This document shows, piece by piece, positions 52,119-64,000 of a DNA stretch of 64,000 nucleotides. Position 1 is the stretch's first letter; each line of letters begins with the position of its first letter. Source of the stretch: Camelus ferus (lineage: Eukaryota). Location of the stretch: contig NC_045704.1 in the NCBI RefSeq assembly GCF_009834535.1, positions 13,578,001-13,642,000 on the forward strand, in the 5' to 3' direction. Both the position numbers and the translations under genes were made by a program. The notes under the pieces were generated by a model. The model worked only from the letters and a program-made list of their open reading frames with translations. It was not told the DNA's origin and ran no database searches.

Positions 52119-54029
52119 CTGTAGGAGGGTGGGGGACACACCGTGAGGACTGGGGAGGAGGTTAGGACCGAGGTCACCCCTGGGAGGGTGAGAGACCAAA
52201 GGCCTGTGACTGAGCAGATTTCAAGGTTCCAGGAGCCTGCACAGGGTCCAGCTTCACAGCGGAGGCCTCCGGGACACGTGGCGGCAAAAAGTGGCGGAGG
52301 AATCTCAGGGCAGGTGAGGGAGGGCAGTGAGGGCTGCCCCCACTTGCTAGCGGGTCCTTGACAAGGAACTTTCTCTGCACCCCATTTCCTCATCCACAAA
52401 GTGAGGATGATTTATTAACACCCCTAACAATCCTATGAGGTGACGATGCTTATTCTCCCCATTTTCTGGATGAAGAAAGCGAGGCACAGAGAGGTTGAGT
52501 GGCTTGCCTAAAGCTACACCGCTGGCGGGGCATGCAGCACCTCCCATCTGCCGAGGGGGGCTAAGCGCTTTCCATACATCTACTCTTCACCCCAACCCTC
52601 AAGGAAGACACCAAGTCACCACCCACGTTACAAACGGGGCAACCAAGGCCCAAGCAGTCACCCTTCCTAGGCAGTCACAGAGCAGCAGAGCCCAGATGTA
52701 GAGTCCCCGGGAAGCTAAAACAGCCTTAAGCTTCCAGCCCCTCACTCAAGCTGCTTTTCCAAAACCCCTGCAATGGGTTCATATAGCCGTACACGTAAGT
52801 AAAATTTTCCAAAGTGAGACGTTTTAGGAGCCATCCGTTTAATCCGATGGCTCATCTGTTTAATCGCATGCTCTCCCGGGGTCTTCTGTCTGTGGCGTGG
52901 GAGAGCGATAGGGATGTTGGGGACCTGGGTAAGGAGAACTTGAGTTGGGGATACATTTCACTGGGCTCGCGTGGGACAGTGATCAGGTCTGTGGTCACGT
53001 CTGTGTATAGTTTTGGGATGGGGAGCTGGCTGGGTACAGGAAGTGCTTCCAGGAGCATTTCTTGGGCTTAATGACCGGAAGGCTGGGGTCCGAGGTCAGA
53101 TTACCCTATCACCTGTCCAAGGGCACCTGGAACCAAAAGTTTTGGGTGGAAGAGGAGACAGGTTTGAAGCCAGAAGCTGGTGTGTTATTTTTCTGGAATA
53201 TGTGGAGTGTTTGCCAGCTTTCAAAGCGAAACAACTCGCTGTCATTTCTTTTCTCACTCTAAACAAACATTCCCACTACCTCATGTTGCAGTCACACGTA
53301 CTGATCTTTTTTCTCAGAGAGAACCTCTTTGAAACCGGATAAGCTTCAGGCCCCACAAAACCTGGATCCGCCCAGTCTTGGCCGCCACACCGTACTACTT
53401 AACATTTGTGGTCCTTTATGGTAGACTTATCACAGTACTTTGAGCCGGAAGAAAAAATTATGTGTGTGTAAGTGGGTCATATTGTCTGTGGATTTAGTTT
53501 CAGGATAGCGAAGGGGATTTACAAATATTCTGTTACATAAAGAAGGCTGGGGTGTGACCACACAGATGACACTCGGAAACACAGGATGTCCCGGAGGATA
53601 TGATTCCAATGAGGGGACATTCAAACGGAGGGACAAGTAACCTACACTATTAGAAGGCGGGGTGGCCTTGGGGGGTGGGGGCTGATGAGGGGGCTAGTTT
53701 CAACCGCGTTGCCTGCTTTGCAAAATTTGCTGAGCGGTTGCCTGAAGCTCTCTGCACAGCACTCATGTTTTCCTTTAATAAAACTTTCAATGAATGAATG
53801 AATAAAACGAATGGGGAAAAAAACCACCTTTTCCTACTAAAACAATTGTTTTGAATAAAAGGGGGTGAGATGTGGGACCTAGTGAGGTTGAAAACCCAGC
53901 TGACTTGCACAAGCCTTTTCTGGTCATTCTTCCTTGTCTACCCAGTTGACTAATGAGGAAACTGAGGCCCACTGAGGGCTGCGACTTGCCCGGGGCTCTC
54001 CCAGTGATTTTGTTAATTTGTTTTTGTTT

Positions 54030-54158
54030 TGTTGTTGTTGTTGTTTGCGGGGAGGTCATTAGATTTATTTATTTTTTTAATGGAGGGACTGGGGATTGAA
54101 CCCAGGACCTCCTGCATGCTAAGCACATACTCTACCACTGAGCTATACCCTCCCCCAC
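54030..54158 (-). mobile_element. tRNA-Ala-derived (Vic-1-like) SINE
   Basis: Full head and tail. Confidence 0.8.
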
Positions 54159-57100
54159 TCCCGGTGTCTTTCCCGAAGGCCTCCACCAGCTTGGGAGATT
54201 TGAGGGGTGAGGACTTTCTCTGGGGCTTGGTACCAGGCTCAGGCTTACAGCAGAAGGACAAAGGTGGAGAACTGTGTCCTCTGCCTGGAGTCTCAGGAGG
54301 GCTCTGCAGAGCCCAGGTGAGGCTCAGCCCAGACAGCCAGGGTTTCCCAAGGGCAGTGTCCCAAGGCAGGCCTGGAGGAGGCTGTGGAGGAACCTGGTAT
54401 GTGATCTATGGTCGGCTGGCAAAGGCCCTCTTTGTCCCTGGCTGGGGGCTGTTCCCAAGGAGACAGGGAAGGAAGGGCTGGTCACTTCAAAGGGGTAGGG
54501 GTGGAGGCTTTGCAGGCCCTGCTTCTAAGTAACCAAAGTGGAACTGATATGAGTAAGAGTGTGGTTCTGGAGCTGGGCCTTGTGGGCTCAGTCTGGTTTT
54601 GGCACTTGCTAGCCCAGTGAGACCTGGTGCTTCCTCGTGCGCCTCAGTTTCCTCGGCTGTAAAATGGGAATAGGAGAAATGGCATGGTGTGCTGGTTAAC
54701 AGCATTAACCCTGGAGATGGAATACATGGGTTTGAAGGATACCTCCGCCAGCTGTGTGGCCGTGGGCAACTCACTCAACCTCCTTGTGCCTCAGTTCTTA
54801 CATCCATCAAATGGGGAGCATAATAAACACTACCTCAGAAGGTTGTTGTGAGCATGTTAAAAAGAGCTTAGGACTGGGCCTGGCACAGGAGTAAGCACAA
54901 TATACGTGTTTGTTAATTTTTTAAAAAATAGGTTTAGTTGGAGGGTTTCATGCAGGCAATGGAAATAAAAATGATTAAAATAGAGCCTGGCTCCTAGTCT
55001 GCATTCAATAAATCTGGGCTAAAATTATTGTCATTATACCAGTAATAGAGGCAACATTGGGCATTGTGTGAGCCCAGAGGAGAGGCTGCCTGGTACAGCC
55101 TTTGGCACACAGTAGGCCCTCAGCGCATTGTAATTACTTTATTGTTCAGTGATGTCATCAGTTATCCTATAGGTTGAGTGCAGGCTGGGGAATTAGTGAT
55201 GTCACTAGTTGCCAGGCAGATTTAGCCCAGTGGGTGGAGCTGTGAGGTCATCAGTTACTAGGCGGATTAGCTGCTGAAGTTGCTAGGCCTTGGCTCTGAT
55301 GGGTCAGATACGCTGTCTCTGTGCCCAGAGCAGCAGATCTCACCTCTCTTGAGCCTGTTTCCTCACCTGTCACATGAAGATAACAGTAATCTCAACCTTA
55401 GGGTTTTAATGCCTACCTGAGGATTAAAAGGGATAATGTATGTTAAGCACCAGGCTCCTGATAAATGCTCAGGACTTTGAAGCTCCCTTCAGCGTTCCTT
55501 GCTAGTTTAGTCTTTGATCTCACCAACAAAACAGCTCCTTGAGGGAGAAATTTCCTCCCTAGCCTACGGGAGAGAAAAACAGAGATGCTAGCAAAGCAAA
55601 GATCCTGGATCCTTCGGGTATCCCCGAAATAGTCACTGGATGCAGAAATGTATATATATGAGGGTGTCCCACCACCCCCCTCAGCACTTACAATCTCCAA
55701 ATGGGGATCCAAGCCCCACCCCAGGAGGCCAGGGTGGAATCCATAGTGTTAGCATATTGACTGAAGGTGTAGTGAATGAATGAATGAATGTGTGAATGAA
55801 TGAAGGGAGTTACCAGGACAAAAGTGGAGGACCATCAAAGAGCCCTTGCTATGTCCTTTCAGCTGCCTCTGTGGTTCTCAGCCCCAGGCACTTTAGAATC
55901 CCCTGTGGGGACGTTAGAAATTCTCAAAGCCTGAAATCACTCAAAGCCGATAGCATTCAAATCTCACCACTGGCTCTCTGAGCCCAGAACAATCAGTTGC
56001 TCAATAAATGACTGGGCATCAACAGTCAGTAAATAACCAAGGCACGAAAGGGAGAGGACTGGGGTCTCCCAGCAGGTTAGGAGGCCACAGATAACAAAAT
56101 GGAGATTGAGGGAAGGGGAGCGATTTGGCCAAGGCCACGCGGCAAGTACAGAGCAGAGGTGAGGTTTGAACCTCAGCCCGAGACAGCTCTGGCCCAGTCC
56201 CTCCTTCCCGATGTACCCCTCGCTCCAGCCAAAGCCCCCAAATGCACCCCTGGCCTTTGTGTCTGCAGTTCCTCCCACCGGGAATGCCGGTCTCTGCGCT
56301 TGAGCATGGAGGCTAGCCAGGGAGGCCCGCATTCTGGCTTGGCTGAATCTTCCTGTGTGTCCCCAAGCAGAAGCTGTGCATTTCTTTCCCTACCTTGTAA
56401 ATTAAATCTGGCCCCGGGTGACGTTTTTTCTCCCTGGGTTCTGAGCCCATTTTGTTCCCATGCCCCATCCAGGGTCTGGCATGCTGCTCTCTCGGCTGGA
56501 GCAGAGGAATGAAGATGGCAACTGAACTGGGGCAGAGACCAGCAGCAGGAGGAACAGGGGACACAGCTAGGGCCCACACAACAGGCAACGGGCCAAGGAC
56601 GTACTTAGCCTCCTCGAAGGGGCCTGGCCTGGCCTGGCCTGGCCTGCCCTGCTAGGGAGACCTCAGGACATGAGACTCTAAGAACCGCCCAACATGGTGA
56701 CCCTCCTGCCTCCCACTGCCCCACAGTCCACCAGTCTCTTCCTCTTCGTCCTCATTGCCCCCGGCCAGCTCAAGTCTCCTCCTTGCCCCCTGGACCCTCA
56801 GCCCAGCCTGCTCCCCAGTCTCTTGGCCTCCAGCCTCTCCTTCCTGTCCATCTCTGAAATGGCCTGGAATGCAAGGTCCTATGTAGGCTGGGGCCTGCCA
56901 CTCCCCTGGCCTCCTCAGACTCCAAAGACCCTTCTGGCCCCAGCTTGGGAGGAGGGGCGGGGAAGCCACCCTTGTGGAAATGCTATGCCAAGGGCATGCA
57001 TTATCACAGACTTCTCCTAGAACCCCATGAAGTGGGTCTTGAGAGCCTCACTTCATGCCAGAAGCAGTGGAGCCCCAGAGAGGTTAATATATTTTCTTAA

Positions 57101-57395
57101 GGTCTCACAGCAGTCTTCATAGGAGGTCTCAATAAATACCTGTCAATGTGCTCCACTCCTTCCTCCTCCACTAGGACACAGTGTGTCTGCCTCCTTCTGT
57201 GTTTTATCCCCTGTGCCTCGCATACAACAGCTGTGCAGGAAACAAACCCATCCTTGGTTCAGATTCCCTGGTATTGGGGGCTCAGTCACCACCTCCAGAG
57301 GCAGCCCAGGCCACACAGCGGGGAGGAAAGACGGGCTGAGGTTGGACAGACTTGGATTTGGCCCCGGCTCCTTTTCCAATTAACTGTGTGACCTT

Positions 57396-57844
57396 TGTGG
57401 AATTAAAGAAACCTCAGCTAAAATTGGAGTCAGAGGCCTGAAGGGGGAGCATTCATGCCCTGCCATGAACTCATTTGCTCCAAACCTGAGAGAGAAGCTT
57501 CCGTCTCAGGAAGGTGACTCTACTTACCATCCCGCGGAAGGAAGGAAACTCCCGCCCATGATGGCCCAACCAATCAGAAACTGAGCAGCCCAGCCAATCA
57601 GAGACTGTAGCAGCCCAACCAATGGAAAACCTCCAGACTTTGGAACCCTCCAATGAATTCGTTGGTTGTCACAGCCCCTCCCAATTCTCCCTTTTCCCCT
57701 GTAAAGCAACTTCTCCCTTGTTCTCTGGATTTGCCAATGGGAGACCACAGCTTGCATTTCCCGAGTTGCAATTCGTTTCGCTATTCTCAAATAAACTCAC
57801 TTTTGCTGATAAAATAACTGACTATTACATTATTAAAGTTGACA
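57396..57844 (+). mobile_element. Solo ERV LTR inserted into a MIR
   Basis: TG...CA ends with a 4-bp target-site duplication CCTT (57392-57395 and 57845-57848). Three tandem CCAAT units and AATAAA at 57790. The flanks rejoin into a MIR (ctgtgtgacctt|...cctcagtttctcatctg). Confidence 0.85.
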
Positions 57845-59278
57845 CCTTGAATACACGGCTTGACCTCTCTGTGCCTCAGTTTCTCATCTGGAGGAGTCTA
57901 GGAAAGAGGGCACTTGGTAGGGATTAAAATTGCTTTCACCTGTCCCTTCTCACCAGGATTACTGCGCTCACTTCATTATTGGTCTCCCTGCTTCCACCCC
58001 TGCCCTCTACAGTCGTTCCCCGCATGGCAGCCAAAAGGATCTGGTTAGAACCTAAGTCGGCTCCTGTCCCTCCTCTGCTCAAAACTGTCCCTCGGTCTGT
58101 CTCACTCAAAGTAAAAGCAAAGTCTCACCATGACTGCAAGGCCCCGCCTGATCTACCCTGATCCTGCTCTGCCTTTATCTTCCCCCTCTCTCCCGTGCTC
58201 ACTGGGCTCCAGCTAGACAGGTCTCCTAGCTGTTCCTCCAACACTTAAGGCTGAGTCCTGCCTCAGGGCCTTTACACTGGCTGTTTTGTCTTCCATTCAG
58301 GCCTGTGGCTGGCACCCTCACCTCCTGCAAGTCTCTGCTCCAACATCATTGCTTGTCAATGAGGCCTCCCCTGACACGCTGTTTACGGTTGAACCCACCT
58401 CATCCCTTCACCCTGCCTTGTTTTCCCATCACACTGCCCATGACCAGCTCTTACGGTTTACATATCATGTTGATTGTCTCTTGCCTTTCTCTGTGCTTGT
58501 ATGTAAACTCCATGAGACCAGCGATTTTTTGGGGGGAGGGGGTGGGAATCTGTCTTGATTGCCAATGTATCAAACCACTGGCATACCCAGAGAAGACCCC
58601 CAGTCAATTTTTGTTGAAAAAATAAAAAATAACTCTCACAGTGCTCCCTGACCCGACACTCCTCACTACATCATGCGCTTTAATTCATTTATTCCCTCAA
58701 CAACCCCAGGAGGCCACCCACAATAGTATTGCTATCCCTGCATTACAAATGGGGAAATGGAGGCACAGAGAGGCAAAGTCACTTGGTGAATGTCACACAG
58801 CTGCAGAGGGCACAGCTGGGGTTTGAACCCAGGCAGTGTGGCCCCACAGTTTGCACCCCTAACCACTCAGTGCCATGGCGTAGCTCCTCCCCACTCCCCA
58901 TAGGGTTCTCCTCAAATGTGCTCTTTCTGGGAGGGGACTGTGGGGGGCTGGGGGAGGGGGTGGTCAGGAAGACATAGGTTTGACCTCAGGCAATTCACAT
59001 AACCTCGATAAGTCTCAGTGTCCACCTCCCTCCCCTTGGTCGCAGGAATATTTAACTCCTAGACATATGCTATTATTATTATTATCATTATATTATATTA
59101 TATATTGTAGATTAATATACCTCAATGAAATATCTTAATATAAGCACAGATTTTAAAGTGGAGTTTCTCCCCCACTTGGGGGTTCACCCAAGAGAAATAA
59201 AACTTTTGTTCAAGTGGGAAGGGGCCTCTGTAGCACCTTGCTGGCCACGGAGGCTGCTGGGGTCAGGAAAAAAAAGGT

Positions 59279-59560
59279 GGGGGGAGGGTATAGCTCAGTG
59301 GTAGAGCACGTCCTTAGCATGCATGAGGTCTGGGGTTCAATCCCGAGTACCTCCATTAAAATAAATAAATAAATAAACCTAATTACCCCCCCCCCAAAAA
59401 AACAACAGAAAATTTAAGAACTTGGCAGAGGGAGGGTATAGCTCAAGCAGTAGAGTGCATGCTTAGTATGCACAAGGTCCTGGGTTCAATCCTCAGTACC
59501 TTCTCTAAAAATGAATAAACCTAATTACCTCCCCTCCCTCCACCCACTAAAATAAAATGA
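59279..59560 (+). mobile_element. Tandem pair of tRNA-Ala-derived SINEs
   Basis: Units at about 59279-59403 and 59431-59560. Confidence 0.85.
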
Positions 59561-59859
59561 TTAAAAAATTTAATAATAATTAAAATATTTAAAGAAAACC
59601 CTTATGTTCACACTAATGTCTGTACTAGCATGTTTATAGCTGCCCTACTCATAATCTCCAAAAACTGGGCACAACTCAAATATCCTTCAAAGGTTGAGTG
59701 GATAAACAGTGGTGCACAACCACCACACGGTACTTCTCAGCAATGGTAAGCAAGAAACCGTTGATACCACAGCCACATAGATGAGTCTCAGAGGCTTTGG
59801 GCTGAGTGAAGGAAGCCAGACTCAGGAGGTCACAAACTATATAATTCCATCCATATGAC

Positions 59860-60340
59860 TGCGGTGGGCTGAATGATGGCCCTCAAAGAGGTCCACGTTC
59901 CAGTCCTTGGAACCTGCAAATAGGTTCCATTGCACTGTCAAAGGGATTTTGCAGCTAGGATTATGTTAAGGATTTGGAGCTGGGGAGAGAATCTAGTGGA
60001 CCCTGAACATGATCACAAAGGTCCTTAGGGAGACAGAAGTGTTAGAATCGGAGAGGGAAGAGATACTCATATGTCAGAAAGGAGAGAGCTTGGAAGGTGC
60101 TACACAGCTGGCTTTGAAGATGGAGGAAGGGATGAAGGCAGCCAAGGGATGCAGGTGGCCTCCAGAAACTGGGAAAGGCCTGGGAGGAGACGGGAGGCCT
60201 GCAACCCTGCTGACACTTTGATTTTAGCCCAATGACCCTGATTTCAGACTTCTGACCTCCAGAAGTGTACGAGGACAAATCTGTATTGCTTTAAACCAGT
60301 TTGTGGTCATTTGCTGCAGCAGCAATAGGAAACCACATAA
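59860..60340 (+). mobile_element. MLT1 (MaLR LTR)
   Basis: gtgggctgaatgatggccc...ttggaacctg...gaagatggaggaaggg...cttctgacctccagaag...gcagcaataggaaac. Confidence 0.75.
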
Positions 60341-60986
60341 TATTTCTGAAAAGACAAAACTATGTGAACAGGGAATAGATCAGTAGCTGGGGGAGTAGGG
60401 TAAGGAGGGGAGGGGAGAGGGCAGCTAGGGATGGGGGAGGGTGTGACTACAAAAGGATGGTGGTGCAGTCCTCCATCCTGATTGCAGTGATGGTTACACA
60501 AATCTATGCATATGTTAAAATTCATAAAGCTATACACTCTCCCACAACACAAATCAATTTGACTGATTCATTAAAAAAACTCAAATAGACACTTAACACC
60601 CATTAGCTATTTTTATAACAAGACATCCCGCTGGCCAGGATCCCTTTAGGCTACCCAGGTTTATGCAGAGAAGTGACTCCTGCCTAAGTGACAGGCCTGC
60701 TTTGGATTTGCTGTGTGACCTGAGGTCACTCTCAAGCCCCCTCTGGTCTCACTTGAAGAATGAGCAGTGATTTGATGGGGCAGGGAGAAGATACCAGGGG
60801 CCTCTTTTCCAGGGACCTCCCAGTCTGATCTCCAAAGAGAACTCCCCATTCCTGGTAGCTTTAGGCCTTTTTGCCTGAAATGGGTCAAATTCATTCTTTC
60901 AGCCCACAAATACTTACCCAGCATCTACCTTGTGCCAGACACTGGGGGACACAAAAGTGAGTGCAGCTGACAAAAACCCCTATTGC

Positions 60987-61150
60987 AGGGGGAGGGTATA
61001 GCTCAGTGGTAGAGTGCATGCCTAGCATGCACAAGGTCAGGGTTCAACCCCCAGTACCTCCATTAAAAAAAATAAGTAAACCTAATTACCTCCTCCTCCC
61101 CCCCAAAACACTCAAAAACAAAACAATAACAATGCTTTATAAAATTAAAA
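60987..61150 (+). mobile_element. tRNA-Ala-derived SINE with target-site duplication
   Basis: AAAAACCCCTATTGC (60972-60986) and AAAAACCTCTATTGC (61151-61165) flank the element. Confidence 0.85.
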
Positions 61151-61506
61151 AAAAACCTCTATTGCGGTTTATGTTTGAAGGAACAATAAAATTAACACAA
61201 AATGTTCTAAATGTTGTGTATTGGATAGTGATAGGGGAAACAAGCAGGTGGGGGCTAGGGAGCATCTAGGGTTGGGAGGGTTTGCAATTTTAGGTCGATG
61301 GAGTCAGGGGAGGGCCCTCGGGGGAGGTGACCTTTGAACAGACTTGAAGGAGGTGAGGAAAGAGTCATGTGTGGGTACCAGAAAGAACAGTGTGTGCAAA
61401 GGAGGGAGGGAGGGCAGGCTGCTGGGATTCTGGGGTTTTGTGGGACTGGAACTGCCCCCCAACTCCTGTGTGTGGACCCTATCCGGCCAAGAATGTGATT
61501 GCATCT

Positions 61507-61536
61507 GGCTGCGGCTGCGGCTGCGGCTGCGGCTGC
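61507..61536. repeat. (GGCTGC)5 microsatellite
   Basis: Five perfect hexamer copies. Confidence 0.9.
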
Positions 61537-62255
61537 ACCAGGAGTTTCTCTGCAGCCCCGCGGTCCTGCTGACTCACAGCGGGAGCCTGCGATCAACCCT
61601 CCTTTCTCTAGAGAACGCTGCCAAGACTCCACTAGTCTGAGCTGCATTCTATGCGCCTCCGTTCCCAGAACACCCTGTGCGGTGGTCAGCCGCCCTTTGC
61701 CTGGGCTGTCTCTCTTACAGGAGTGCTCTTTTTCACCTCTCGAAATTCCACTTGGAGCCCATCTGGGCAAGCATCTCACATTCTCTGGCCACCTCCACCT
61801 CAGCGGAATGACTCATGCCTTGGCCAGAATGCAGAAAAGGCTCTTTGACTGTCCTGCCTTCCCCTGCTGCGGCAGCAGGGAGAGTAATTAGAGTAACCTC
61901 TTTGGGAGCTCACTTGGCAACGTTTAAATTACACAGGCCTCCTCTGCTAAAGAAAACATTCCCTCCATGCGCATGGTTCCCCACCTCAGCACCCTGTTTG
62001 CTTCTTTTACAGCCCTTTTAATACTTAGTAACTATTTTCTTTGTCTATTAACTTCTTTAAATCAATCTTCCCCGCTAGTAGTGGAGCTACAAGGGAGCAG
62101 AAATTCCCCTCCTCACAGGTCCCCCCTCCAAGAACCAGAGTCTGACAGGCAGGCAACACTCCATTATTTTTGTTAGATGCACAAATGAACATGACCCCCC
62201 AGAATTTTAAGGGATGGGGCCCCCCTAAGGAAGTGCCAGAAGAAATATGTTCCAC

Positions 62256-64000
62256 TGTGAAGGAAAAGCCGGGCTGGGCCTACTTGTAAATCTAAGTGTA
62301 ACAAGTGTCGGATTACTGATCTGAGTTCTGCTGGGCTAACTGGTAAATCTAAGTTAATAAGTGTCGGTTAGCTGATTCCCTGCTCATTTTCTTTTTTTGC
62401 TAGCCAGTTAGATTTTCAGAGAGACATATCTGGCCTTGGAATATTAGTTTGCTGCCTCCCTGCCTCTACTTTTGTGACAATGATGCTGCTAAAGCTGTTC
62501 CACGCCTATTGGCTGAAAACCCCAAGCTTGTACTTTACCCTATAAAACCTCATGCGCACGTCTTGGAGGTGCTCAGAGCTTCGGAGCAGAAGCCCCTCTG
62601 AGCCTGCTGGCGTAATACATCTGAGTACTCCAACCCTCCGAGTGGTGCTTGTTTCTTGCTGGCCTCTCATTTCCGTAACATTTCTGGAGGCCCCAGCGAG
62701 ATTCAACCACGCCGGCCCCTTGAGCCACTGGACTGGTGGCTCCAGCCGACTAGGGGACCGGACTTCAGCAGGGAACGAGGTGGTGCCGCCTGACGATAAT
62801 TCCGGGTTCTCCTTCGTGACGGTGACTCGGCCCCCCTGTGTGGCTGGGCTACAACCAGAGCCAGACTCGGTGGAGGGAAGGACAGACTCACCAGGTGGCC
62901 GTCCGGACAAGGTAGGAACCCCCGGGAGGAATCAGGTCCTGTCCCAGTGGACAGAAGAGGAGGCTGATCCCCTCCTACAGGAAACAGGATATTGGGATTG
63001 GTGGGAGGACTGTTGTTAACCTCTGTGTGTGTGAGTGAATGTGCATCCTGTGAAGCATGCGATCAGGCTCGAGTTTGTAGCTCCACGGCATTCTGCTATG
63101 GAGTTCGAGTGAGTTCCAACCTGCAGTTCTGTGGTGACCTCATACGGCTCAGGGAGGTATCGGTCCCTCAGGGTCCCTATTGGAGTCAGCGGCTTATACT
63201 GACCCACCAAAGCTAAGAGGCACCTTCGTCCCCGTGAGGGGAGCGGCCAGGCGGACGCAGCAAAAACCCTCCCTTGTCTTGTCTGCAACACCTGCACAGG
63301 GTGGCTACACTGGGAGGGAAAGGGACATAAAACAGCATAGAAGTAAACGACCCCTGTGCCCTTGGGGACTAAAATGAGACTACTTTAAAAAAGTTTCAGA
63401 TGCGACCTTGTCACCAGTCCCCCAGAATATCCTGTCATGATTAATAAACCACCCTCAATACTACCCCTCTGTCTAAAATACAGCCCGCAAGACCTGAGCC
63501 AGAGGGAGCCACCCCAGGACTGGCTAAAACCCTCTTTTGAGGTCCCCTTTTTGGTCCATTTATTCTGCCACCGGATGGCCATCCCGGCCTCATATTTTGT
63601 CAATTTAGGCTACAGAGAAGGCTTTGTGCAGGGACCCCCTAGAGCTCATCCAGGCCCAGGAGAACCTCAGGGACAAGTGCCTATTGTGAAACCCTAACTC
63701 ACTGGCAGCTCTTCCAGCCAAGCAGATAGATATTAGGCCCAGCCAGGCAACAGGGTTTTTTTTTTTTTAAAATTTTCACTGTTCTGAGTGGAAAAAACCA
63801 GAAATACTGGGGTCACAGTCCTTGGTGCCAGGAGCAGACCCACACCTATAGGCCGTAAAATCTGTCAACTAATAATAGTGGGAGCCTCTAAATCAAAGCC
63901 GACAGTTCTGGACTGCACGATTAAAAATTTCCAAAAGGTGTTCTCAGGAAACTATAGAGTTTAATGACCCCTGGCAGGTTCCATACTTTGTGAAAATTTA
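62256..64000 (+). mobile_element. Class I (gamma-like) endogenous retrovirus: 5' LTR, PBS-Thr, leader and decayed gag start; runs off the window
   Basis: LTR 62256-62680 with imperfect terminal inverted repeats (TGTGAAGGAAA ... TTTCCGTAACA), TATAAAA at 62541 and AATACA at 62614. PBS TGGAGGCCCCAGCGAGAT at 62685-62702. Gag-like (G)TG-GASKSKPTVLDCTIKNFQKVFSGNYRV from 63878, then a frameshift into MTPGRFHTL. Confidence 0.88.

Noticed and set aside
56652-56969. ORF beginning MASPPLLPS, resembling the human SULT2B1a N-terminus (MASPPPFHS)
   Set aside because: It starts at GTG and has no GT donor at the required position. The better homologue (TVCPPPSYS) is contiguous with the shared exon at 52119-52144, so this is a chance resemblance.
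59279-59355. Apparent tRNA-Ala(AGC) genes here and at about ten other sites
   Set aside because: They carry an extra GGGGAG leader, stem mismatches, a shared SINE tail (or a target-site duplication) and no oligo-T terminator. They are SINE or retrocopy sequences, not tRNA genes.
61255-61891. Poly-Ala or (CG)n-containing ORFs over the (GGCTGC)5 repeat
   Set aside because: The microsatellite explains the homopolymers. The ORFs use non-ATG starts or run into L2-derived sequence, and I see no splice or homology support.
52400-64000. SULT2B1 exon 1B (MDGPAEP...-like)
   Set aside because: Not found. The region is mostly repeats, and exon 1B probably lies beyond position 64000.

Overview
Gene-dense mammalian autosomal region, syntenic with the human 19q13.33 cluster and shown in reverse orientation. 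It is probably camelid, because it carries many young tRNA-Ala-derived SINEs of the Vic-1 type. Gene order: CA11 (+, 9 coding exons, 328 aa), DBP (+, 4 exons, 325 aa, with a 132-N gap over the leucine zipper), SPHK2 (-, with an apparent +1 frameshift in a G8 run), RPL18 (+, 7 exons, 188 aa), FAM83E (+, 5 coding exons, 496 aa) with SPACA4 (-) nested in its intron 3, and SULT2B1 (-, six coding exons; exon 1B is not in the window). The last 1.75 kb is the 5' LTR, tRNA-Thr primer-binding site, leader and decayed gag start of a class I ERV. I found no new coding system. The best leads are: apparent loss of two isoform start codons (SPHK2-long ATG>ATA and SULT2B1a ATG>ACG), a degenerate TGGTACAGCCC array filling CA11 intron 8, a perfect inverted pair of ZNF143/THAP11 motifs in CA11 intron 2, and an RFX-motif cluster in DBP intron 3. 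All exon coordinates were read by hand. Comparisons to human or rodent proteins and repeat-family names are from memory, not database searches.
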